A stretch of 64,000 nt of DNA from the human T2T-CHM13v2.0 reference genome, Homo sapiens: NCBI RefSeq assembly GCF_009914755.1, contig NC_060943.1; one strand, 5' to 3'. Of this stretch, positions 50,701 to 62,000 are shown piece after piece; the stretch's first letter is position 1, and each line of letters opens with the position of its first letter. The position numbers and the translations under genes are program-made. Under the pieces are notes generated by a model that was not told where the DNA came from, made no database searches, and saw nothing but the letters and a program-made list of their open reading frames with translations.

Positions 50701-53700
50701 CAGACTTGAAACACTCTTTTTGTGGAATTTGCAAGTGGAGATTTCAGCCGCTTTGAGGTCAATGGTAGAATAGGAAATATCTTCCTATAGAAACTAGACA
50801 GAATGATTCTGAGAAACTCCTTTGTGATGTGTGCGTTCAACTCACAGAGTTTAACCTTTCTTTTCATAGAGCAGTTAGGAAACACTCTGTTTGTAAAGTG
50901 TGCAAGTGGATATTCAGAACTCCTTGAGGCCTTCGTTGGAAACGGGATTTCTTCATATTATGCTAGACAGAAGAATTCTCAGTAACTTCCTTGTGTTGTG
51001 TGTATTCAACTCACAGAGTTGAACGATCCTTTACACAGAGCAGACTTGAAACACTCTTTTTGTGGAATTTGCAAATGGAGATATCAGCCGCTTTGAGGTC
51101 AATGGTAGAATAGGAAATATCTTCCTATAGAAACTAGACAGAATGATTCTCAGAAACTCCTTTGTGATGTGTGCGTTCAACTCACAGAGTTTAACCTTTC
51201 TTTTCATAGAGCAGTTAGGAAACACTCTGTTTGTAAAGTCTGCAAGTGGATATTCAGACATCCTTGAGGCTTTCGTTGGAAACGGGATTTCTTCATATTC
51301 TGCTAGAAAGAAGAATTCTCAGTAACTTCCTTGTGTTGTGTGTATTCAACTCACAGAGTTGAATGATCCTTTACTCAGAACAGTCTTGAAACACTCTTTT
51401 TGTGGAATTTGCAAGTGGAGATTTCAGCCGCTTTGAGGTCAATGGTAGAATCGGAAATATCTTCCTATAGAAACTAGACAGAATGATTCTCAGAAACTCC
51501 TTTGTGATGTGTGCGTTCTACTCACAGAGTTTAACCTTTCTTTTCATAGAGCAGTTAGGAAACACTCTGTTTGTAAAGTCTGCAAGTGGATATTCAGACA
51601 TCTTTGAGACTTTCGTTGGAAACGGGATTTCATCATATTCTGCTAGACAGAAGAATTCCCAGAAACTTCGTTGTGTTGTGTGTTTTCAACTCACAGAGTT
51701 CAACGATCCTTTACACAGAGTAGACTTGAAACACTCTTTTTGTGGAATTGGCAGGGTGGAGATTTCAGCCGCTTTGAGGTCAATGGTAGAAAAGGAAATA
51801 TCTTCGTATAAAAACTAGACAGAGTGATTGTCAGAAACTCCTTTGTGATGTGTGCGTTCAACTCACAGAGTTTAACCTTTCTTTTCATAGAGCAGTTAGG
51901 AAACACTCTGTTTGTAAAGTCTGCAACTGGATATTCAGACATCCTTGAGGCTTTCGTTGGAAACGGGATTTCTTCATATTCTGCTAGAAAGAAGAATAAT
52001 CAGTAACTTCCCTGTGTTGTGTGTATTCAACTCACAGAGTTGAACGATCCTTTACAGAGAGCAGACTTGAAACACTCTTTTTGTGGAATTTGCAAGTGGA
52101 GATTTCAGCCGCTTTGAGGTCAATGGTAGAATAGGAAATATTTTCCAATAGAAACTAGACAGAATGATTCTCAGAAACTCCTTTGTGATGTGTGCGTTCA
52201 ACTCACAGAGTTTAACCTTTCTTTTCATAGAGCAGTTAGGAAACACTCTGTTTGTAAAGTCTGCAAGTGGATATTCAGACCTCCTTGAGGCCTTCGTTGG
52301 AAACGGGATTTCTACATATTATGCTAGACAGAAGAATTCTCAGTAACTTCCTTGTGTTGTGTGTATTCAACTCACAGAGTTGAACGATCCTTTACACAGA
52401 GCAGACTTGAAACACTCTTTTTGTGGAATTTGCAAGTGGAGATTTCAGCCTCTTTGAGGTCAATGGTAGAATAGGAAATATCTTCCTATAGAAACCAGAC
52501 AGAATGATTCTGAGAAACTCCTTTGTGAAGTGTGCATTCAACTCACAGAGTTTAACCTTTCTTTTCATAGAGCAGTTAGGAAACACTCTGCTTGTAACGT
52601 CTGCAAGTGGATACTCAGACCTCCTTGAGGCCTTCGTTGGAAACGGGATTTCTTCCTATTATGCTAGACAGAAGAATTCTCAGTAACTTCCTTGTGTTGT
52701 GTGTATTCAACTCACAGAGTTGAATGATCCTTTACACAGAGCAGACTTGAAACACTCTTTTTGTGGAATTTGCAAGTGGAGATTTCAGCCGCTTTGAGGT
52801 CAATGGTAGAATAGGAAATAACTTCCTATAGAAACTAGACAGAATGATTCTCAGAAACTCCTTTGTGATGTGTGCGTTCAACTCACAGAGTTTAACCTTT
52901 CTTTTCATAGAGCAGTTAGGAAACACTCTGTTTGTAAAGTCTGCAAGTGGATATTCAGACATCTTTGAGGCTTTCGTTGGAAACGGGATTTCTTCATATT
53001 CTGCTAGACAGAAGAATTCTCAGAAACTTCGTTGTGTTGTGTGTTTTCAACTCACAGAGTTCAACGATACTTTACACAGAGTAGATTTGAAACACTCTTT
53101 TTGTGGAATTGGCAGGGTGGAGATTTCAGCCGCTTTGAGGTCAATGGTAGAAAAGGAAATATCTTCGTATAAAAACTAGACAGAGTGATTCTCAGAAACT
53201 CCTTTGGGATGTCTGCGTTCAACTCACAGAGTTTAACCTTTCTTTTCATAGAGCAGTTAGGAAACACTCTGTTTGTAAAGTCTGCAAGTGGATATTCAGA
53301 CCTCCTTGGGGCCATCGTTGGAAACGGGATTTCTTCATATTCTGCTATACAGAAGAATTCTCAGAAACTTCCTTGTGTTGTGTGTATTCAACTCACAGAG
53401 TTGAACGATCCTTTACACAGAGCAGACTTGAAACACTCTTTTTGTGGAATTTGCAAGTGGAGATTTCAGCCGCTTTGAGTTCAATGGTAGAATAGGAAAT
53501 ATCTTCCTATAGAAACTAGACAGAATGATTCTCAGAAACTCCTTTGTGATGTGTGCGTTCAACTCACAGAGTTTAACCTTTCTTTTCATAGAGCAGTTAG
53601 GAAACACTCTGTTTGTAAAGTCCGCAAGTGGATATTCAGACATCCTTGAGGCTTTCGTTGGAAACGGGATTTCTTCATTTTCTGCTAGAAAGAAGAATTC

Positions 53701-56040
53701 TCAGTAACTTCCTTGTGTTGTGTGTATTCAACTCACAGAGTTGAACGATCCTTTACATAGAGCAGACTTGAAACACTCTTTTTGTGGAATTTGCAAGTGG
53801 AGATTTCAGCCGCTTTGAGGTCAATGGTAGAAAAGGAAATATCTTCGTATAAAAACTAGACAGAATGATTCTCAGAAACTCCTTTGTGATGTGTGCGTTC
53901 AACTCACAGAGTTTAAACTGTCTTTTCATAGAGCAGTTAGGAAACACTGTTTGTAAAGTCTGCAAGTGGATATTCAGACCTCCTTGAGGCCTTTGTTGGA
54001 AACGGGATTTCTTCATATTATGCTAGACAGAAGAATTCTCAGTAACTTCCTTGTGTTGTGTGTATTCAACTCACAGAGTTGAACGATCCTTTACACAGAG
54101 CAGACTTGAAACACTCTTTTTGTGGAATTTGCAAGTGGAGATTTCAGCCGCTTTGAGTTCAATGGTAGAATAGGAAATATCTTCCTATAGAAACTAGACA
54201 GAATGATTCTCAGAAACTCCTTTGTGATGTGTGCGTTCAACTCACAGAGTTCAACCTTTCTTTTCATAGAGCAGTTGGGAAACACTCTGTTTGTAAAGTC
54301 TGCAAGTGGATATTCAGACTTCTTTGAGGCCTTCGTTGGAAGCGGGATTTCTTCATATTCTGCTAGACAGAAGAATTCTCAGTAACTTCCTTGTGTTGTG
54401 TGTATTCAACTCACAGAGTTGAATGATCCTTTACACAGAACAGTCTTGAAACACTCTTTTTGTTGAATTTGCAAGTGGAGATTTCAGCCGCTTTGAGGTC
54501 AATGGTAGAATAGGAAATATCTTCCTATAGAAACTAGACAGAATGATTCTCAGAAACTGCTTTGTGATGTGTGCGTTCAACTCACAGAGTTTAACCTTTC
54601 TTTTCATAGAGCAGTTAGGAAACACTCTGTTTGTAAAGTCTGCAAGTGGATATTCAGACATCTTTGAGGCTTTCGTTGGAAACGGGGTTTCTTCATATTC
54701 TGCTAGGCAGAAGAATTCTCAGAAACTTCGATGTGTTGTGTGTTTTCAACTCACAGAGTTCAACGATCATTTACACAGAGTAGACTTGAAACACTCTTTT
54801 TGTGGAATTGGCAGGGTGGAGATTTCAGCCGCTTTGAGGTCAATGGTAGAAAAGGAAATATCTTCGTATAAAAACTAGACAGAGTGATTCTCAGAAACTC
54901 CTTTGTGATGTCTGCGTTCAACTCACAGAGTTTAACCTTTCTTTTCATAGAGCAGTTAGGAAACACTCTGTTTGTAAAGTCTGCAAGCGGATATTCAGAC
55001 CTCCTTGAGGGCTTCGTTGGAAACGGGATTTCTTCATATTATGCTAGACAGAAGAATTCTCAGTAACTTCCTTGTGTTGTGTGTATTCAATTCACAGAGT
55101 TGAACGATCCTTTACACAGAGCAGACTTGAAACACTCTTTTTGTGGAATTTGCAAGTGGAGATTTCAGCCGCTTTGAGGTCAATGGTAGAATAGGAAATA
55201 TCTTCGTATAAAAACTAGACAGAATGATTCTCAGAAACTCCTTTGTGATGTGTGCGTTCAACTCACAGAGTTTAACCTTTCTTTTCATAGAGCAGTTAGG
55301 AAACACTCTGTTTGTAAAGTCTGCAAGTGGATATTCAGACATCCTTGAGGCTTTCGTTGGAAACGGGATTTCTTCATATTCTGCTAGAAAGAAGAATTCT
55401 CAGTAACTTCCTTGTGTTGTGTGTATTCAACTCACAGAGTTGAACGATCCTTTACACAGAGCAGACTTGAAACACTCTTTTTGTGGAATTTGCAAGTGGA
55501 GATTTCAGCCGCTTTGAGGTCAATGGTAGAAAAGGAAATATCTTCGTATAAAAACTAGACAGAATGATTCTCAGAAACTCCTTTGTGATGTGTGCGTTCA
55601 ACTCACAGAGTTTAACCTTTCTTTTCATAGAGCAGTTAGGAAACACTGTTTGTAAAGTCTGCAAGTGGATATTCAGTCCTCCTTGAGGCCTTCATTGGAA
55701 ACGGGATTTCTTCATATTATGCTAGACAGAAGAATTCTCAGTAACTTCCTTGTGTTGTGTGTATTCAACTCACAGAGTTGAACGATCCTTTACACAGAGC
55801 AGACTTGAAACACTCTTTTTGTGGAATTTGCAAGTGGAGATTTCAGCCGCTTTGAGGTCAATGGTAGAATAGGAAATATCTTCCTATAGAAACTAGACAG
55901 AATGATTCTGAGAAACTCCTTTGTGATGTGTGCGTTCAACTCACAGAGTTTAACCTTTCTTTTCATAGAGCAGTTAGGAAACACTCTGTTTGTAAAGTCT
56001 GCAAGTGGATATTCAGACCTCCTTGAGGCCTTCGTTGGAA
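47780..56040 (+). repeat. Non-adjacent duplication of a ~2.8-kb block (~47780-50600 and ~53250-56040), offset 16 dimers
   Basis: Shared GGGGCCATCG, GTCCGC, TACATAG, AAACTGTC, 2-bp deletions, CTTTGTTGG, CTTCGATG and CTTCATTGG. Offset is 5,435, shifting to 5,439 after a 4-bp deletion at ~49535 in the first copy. Confidence 0.88.
50600..53250 (+). repeat. Diverged copy of block ~43460-46100 (offset 7,136 = 21 dimers)
   Basis: Same variant order: GACACAAG, GTGTGC+CAGAACTCC, GCAAATGGAGATATC, TTACTCAG, GTTCTACTC, GCAACTGG+GAATAATC, GAAGTGTGCA, AATAACTTCC, GATACTTT. Confidence 0.85.
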
Positions 56041-59000
56041 ACGGGATTTCTTCATATGCTAGACAGAAGAATTCTCAGTAATTTCCTTGTGTTGTGTGTA
56101 TTCAACTCACAGAGTTGAACGATCCTTTACACAGAGCAGACTTGAAACACTCTTTTTGTGGAATTTGCAAGTGGAGATTTCAGCCGCATTGGGTTCAATG
56201 GTAGAATAGGAAATATCTTCCTATAGAAACTAGACAGAATGATTCTCAGAAACTCCTTTGTGATGTGTGCGTTCAACTCACAGAGTTCAACCTTTCTTTT
56301 CATAGAGCAGTTGGGAAACACTCTGTTTGTAAAGTCTGCAAGTGGATATTCAGACTTCTTTGAGGCCTTCGTTGGAAGCGGGATTTCTTCATATTCTGCT
56401 AGACAGAAGAATTCTCAGTAACTTCCTTGTGTTGTGTGTATTCAACTCACAGAGTTGAACGATCCTTTACACAGAGCAGACTTGAAACACTCTTTTTTTG
56501 GAATTTGCAAGTGGAGATTTCACCCGCTTTGAGGTCAATGGTAGACTAGGAAATATCTTCCTATAGAAACTAGACAGAATGATTCTCAGAAACTCCTTTG
56601 TGATGTGTGCGTTCAACTCACAGAGTTTAACCTTTCTTTTCATAGAGCAGTTAGGAAACACTCTGTTTGTAAAGTCTGCAAGTGGATATTCAGACATCCT
56701 TGAGGCTTTCGTTGGAAACGGGATTTCTTCATATTCTGCTAGAAAGAAGAATTCTCAGTAACTTCCTTGTGTTGTGTGTATTCAACTCACAGAGTTGAAT
56801 GATCCTTTACACAGAACAGTCTTGAAACACTCTTTTTGTGGAATTTACAAGTGGAGATTTCAGCCGCTTTGAGGTCAATGGTAGAATAGGAAATATCTGC
56901 CTATAGAAACTAGACAGAATGATTCTCAGAAACTCCTTTGTGATGTGTGCGTTCAACTCACAGAGTTTAACCTTTCTTTTCATAGAGCAGTTAGGAAACA
57001 CTCTGTTTGTAAAGTCTGCAAGTGGATATTCAGACATCTTTGAGGCTTTCGTTGGAAACGGGATTTCTTCATATTCTGCTAGACAGAAGAATTCTCAGAA
57101 ACTTCGTTCTGTTGTGTGTTTTCAACTCACAGAGTTCAACGATCCTTTACAGAGAGTAGACTTGAAACACTCTTTTTGTGGAATTGGCAGGGTGGAGATT
57201 TCAGCCGCTTTGAGGTCAATGGTAGAAAAGGAAATATCTTCGTATAAAAACTAGACAGAGTGATTCTCAGAAACTCCTTTGTGATGTCTGCGTTCAACTC
57301 ACAGAGTTTAACCGTTCTTTTCATAGAGCAGTTAGGAAACACTCTGTTTGTAAAGTCTGCAAGTGGATATTCAGACCTCCTTGAGGCCTTCGTTGGAAAC
57401 GGGATTTCTTCATATTCTGCTATACAGAAGAATTCTCAGAAACTTCCTTGTGTTGTGTGTATTCAACTCACAGAGTTGAACGATCGTTTACACAGAGCAG
57501 ACTTGAGACACTCTTTTTATGGAATTTGTAAGTGGAGATTTCAGCCGCTTTGAGGTCAATGGTAGAAAAGGAAATATCTTCATATAAAAATTAGACAGAA
57601 TGATTCCAGAAACTCCTTTGTGATGTGTGCGTTCAACTCACAGAGTTCAACCTTTCTTTTCATAGAGCAGTTAGGAAACACTCTGTTTGTAAGGTCTGCA
57701 AGTGGATATTCAGACCTCTTTGAGACCTTCGTTGGAAACGGGATTTCTTCATATTATGCTAGACAGAAGAATTCTCAGTAACTTCCTTGTGTTGTGTGTA
57801 TTCAACTCACAGAGTTGAACGATCCTTTACACAGAGCAGACTTGAAACACTCTTTTTGTGGAATTTGCAAGTGGAGATTTCAGCCGCTTTGAGGTCAATG
57901 GTAGAATAGGAAATATCTTTCTATAGAAACTAGACAGAATGATTCTCAGAAACTCCTTTGTGATGTGTGCGTTCAACTCACAGAGTTTAACCTTTCTTTT
58001 CATAGAGCAGTTAGGAAATACTCTGTTTGTAAAGTCTGCAAGTGGATATTCAGACCTCCTTGAGGCCTTCGTTGGAAACGGGATTTCTTCATATTATGCT
58101 AGACAGAAGAATTCTCAGTAACTTCCTTGTGTTGTGTGTATTCAACTCACAGGGTTGAACGATCCTTTACACAGAGCAGACTTGAAACACTCTTTTTGTG
58201 GAATTTGCAAGTGGAGATTTCAGCCGCTTTGAGTTCAATGGTAGAATAGGAAATATCTTCCTATAGAAATTACACAGAATGATTCTCAGAAACTCCTTTG
58301 TGATGTGTGCGTTCAACTCACAGAGTTCACCCTTTCTTTTCATAGAGCAGTTGGGAAACACTCTGTTTGTAAAGTCTGCAAGTGGATATTCAGACTTTTT
58401 GAGGCCTTCTTTGGAAGCGGGATTTCTTCATATTCTGCTAGACAGAAGAATTCTCAGTAACTTCCTTGTGTTGTGTGTATTCAACTCACAGAGTTGAATG
58501 ATCCTTTACACAGAACAGACTTGAAACACTCTTGTTGTGGAATTTGCAAGTGGAGATTTCAGCCGCTTTGTGGTCAACGGTAGAATAGGTAATATCTTCC
58601 TATAGAAACTAGACAGAATGATTCTCAGAAACTCCTTTGTGATGTGTGCGTTCAACTCACAGAGTTTAACCTTTCTTTTCATAGAGCAGTTAGGAAACAC
58701 TCTGTTTGTAAAGTCTGCAAGTGGATATTCAGACCTCCTTGTGGCCTTCGTTGGAAACGGGATTTCTTCATATTCTGCTATACAGAAGAATTCTCAGTAA
58801 CTTCCTTGTGTTGTGTGTATTCAACTCACAGAGTTGAACGATCCTTTACACAGAGCAGACTTGAAACACTCTTTTTGTGGAATTTGCAAGTGGAGATTTC
58901 AGCCGCTTTGAGGTCAATGGTAGAAAAGGAAATATCTTCGTATAAAAACTAGACAGAATGATTCTCAGAAACTCCTTTGTGATGTGTGCGTTCAACTCAC

Positions 59001-62000
59001 AGAGTTCAACCTTTCTTTTCATAGAGCAGTTAGGAAACACTCTGTTTGTAAAGTCTGCAAGTGGATATTCAGACCTCCTTGAGGCCTTCGTTGGAAACGG
59101 GATTTCTTCATATTCTGCTAGACAGAAGAATTCTCAGTAACTTCCTTGTGTTGTGTGTATTCAACTCACAGAGTTGAACGATCCTTTACACAGAGCAGAC
59201 TTGAAACACTCTTTTTGTGGAATTTGCAAGTGGAGATTTCAGCCGCTTTGAGTTCAATGGTAGAATAGGAAATATCTTCCTATAGAAACTAGACAGAATG
59301 ATTCTCAGAAACTCCTTTGTGATGTGTGCGTTCAACTCACAGAGTTCAACCTTTCTTTTCATAGAGCAGTTGGGAAACACTCTGTTTGTAAAGCCTGCAA
59401 GTGGATATTCAGACTTCTTTGAGGCCTTCGTTGGAAGCGGGATTTCTTCATATTCTGCTAGACAGAAGAATTCTCAGTAACTTCCTTGTGTTGTGTGTAT
59501 TCAACTCACAGAGTTGAACGATCCTTTACACAGAGCAGACTTGAAACACTCTTTTTGTGGAATTTGCAAGTGCAGATTTCAGCCGCTTTGAGGTCAATGG
59601 TAGAATAGGAAATATCTTCCTATAGAAACTAGACAGAATGATTCTCAGAAACTCCTTTGTGATGTGTGCGTTCAACTCACAGAGTTTAACCTTTCTTTTC
59701 ATAGAGCAGTTAGGAAACACTCTGTTTGTAAAGTCTGTAAGTGGATATTCAGACATCCTTGAGGCTTTCGTTGGAAACGGGATTTCTTCATATTCTGCTA
59801 GAAAGAAGAATTCTCAGTAACTTCCTTGTGTTGTGTGTATTCAACTCACAGAGTTGAATGATCCTTTACACAGAACAGTCTTGAAACACTCTTTTTGTGG
59901 AATTTGCAAGTGGAGATTTCAGCCGCTTTGAGGTCAACGGTAGAATAGGAAATATCTTCCTATAGAAACTAGACAGAATGATTCTCAGAAACTCCTTTGT
60001 GATGTGTGCGTTCAACTCACAGAGTTTAACCTTTCTTTTCATAGAGCAGTTAGGAAACACTGTGTTTGTAAAGTCTGCAAGTGGATATTCAGACATCTTT
60101 GAGGCTTTCGTTGGAAACGGGATTTCTTCATATTCTGCTAGACAGAAGAATTCTCAGAAACTTCGTTGTGTTGTGTGTTTTCAACTCCCAGAGTTCAACG
60201 ATCCTTTACACAGAGTAGACTTGAAACACTCATTTTTTGGAATTGGCAGGGTGGAGATTTCAGCCGCTTTGAGGTCAGTGGTAGAAAAGGAAATATCTTC
60301 ATATAAAAACTAGACAGAGTGATTCTCAGAAACTCCTTTGTGATGTCTGCGTTCAACTCACAGAGTTTAACCTTTCTTTTCATAGAGCAGTTAGGAAACA
60401 CTCTGTTTGTAAAGTCTGCAAGTGGATATTCAGACCTCCTTGAGGCCTTCGTTGGAAACGGTATTTCTTCATATTCTGCTATACAGAAGAATTCTCAGAA
60501 ACTTCCTTGTGTTGTGTGTATTCAACTCACAGAGTTGAACGATCGTTTACACAGAGCAGACTTGAGACACTCTTTTTGTGGTATTTGTAAGTGGAGATTT
60601 CAGCCGCTTTGAGGTCAATGGTAGAAAAGGAAATATCTTCGTATAAAAACTAGACAGAATGATTCTCAGAAACTCCTTTGTGATGTGTGCGTTCAACTCA
60701 CAGAGTTTAACCTTTCTTTTCATAGAGCAGTTAGGAAACACTCTGTTTGTAAAGTCTGCAAGTGGATATTCAGACCTCCTTGAGGCCTTCGTTGGAAACG
60801 GGATTTCTTCATATTATGCTAGACAGAAGAATTCTCAGTAACTTACTTGTGTTGTGTGTATTCAACTCACAGAGTTGAACGATCCTTTACACAGAGCAGA
60901 CTTGAAACACTCTTTTTGTGGAATTTGCAAGTGGAGATTTCAGCCGCTTTGAGGTCAATGGTAGAAAAGGAAATATCTTCGTATAAAAACTAGACAGAAT
61001 GATTCTCAGAAACTCCTTTGTGATGTGTGCGTTCAACTCACAGAGTTTAACCTTTCTTTTCATAGAGCAGTTAGGAAACACTCTGTTTGTAAAGTCTGCA
61101 AGTGGATATTCAGACCTCCTTGAGGCCTTCGTTGGAAACGGGATTTCTTCATATTATGCTAGACAGAAGAATTCTCAGTAACTTCCTTGTGTTGTGTGTA
61201 TTCAACTCACAGAGTTGAACGATCCTTTACACAGAACAGTCTTGAAACACTCTTTTTGTGGAATTTGCAAGTGGAGATTTCAGCCGCTTTGAGGTCAATG
61301 GTAGAAAAGGAAATATCTTCCTATAGAAACTAGACAGAATGATTCTCAGAAACTCCTTTGTGATGTGTGCGTTCAACTCACAGAGTTTAACCTTTCCTTT
61401 CATAGAGCAGTTAGGAAACACTCTGTTTGTAAAGTCTGCAAGTGGATATGCAGACATCTTTGAGGCTTTCGTTGGAAACGGGATTTCTTCATATTCTGCT
61501 AGACAGAAGAATTCTCAGAAACTTCGTTGTGTTGTGTGTTTTCAACTCACAGAGTTCAACGATGCTCTACACAGAGTAGACTTGAAACACTCTTTTTGTG
61601 GAATTGGCAGGGTGGAGATTTCAGCCGCTTTGAGTTCAATGGTAGAAAAGGAAATATCTTCGTATTAAAACTAGACAGAGTGATTCTCAGAAACTCCTTT
61701 GTGATGTCTGCGTTCAAATCACAGAGTTTAACCTTTCTTTTCATAGAGCAGTTAGGAAACACTCTGTTTGTAAAGTCTGCAAGTGGATATTCAGACCTCC
61801 TTGAGGCCTTCGTTGGAAACGGGATTTCTTCATATTCTGCTATACAGAAGAATTCTCAGAAACTTCCTTGTGTTGTGTGTATTCAACTCACAGAGTTGAA
61901 CGATCGTTTACACAGAGCAGACTTGAGACACTCTTTTTGTGGAATTTGTAAGTGGAGATTTCAGCCGCTTTGAGGTCAATGGTAGAAAAGGAAATATCTT

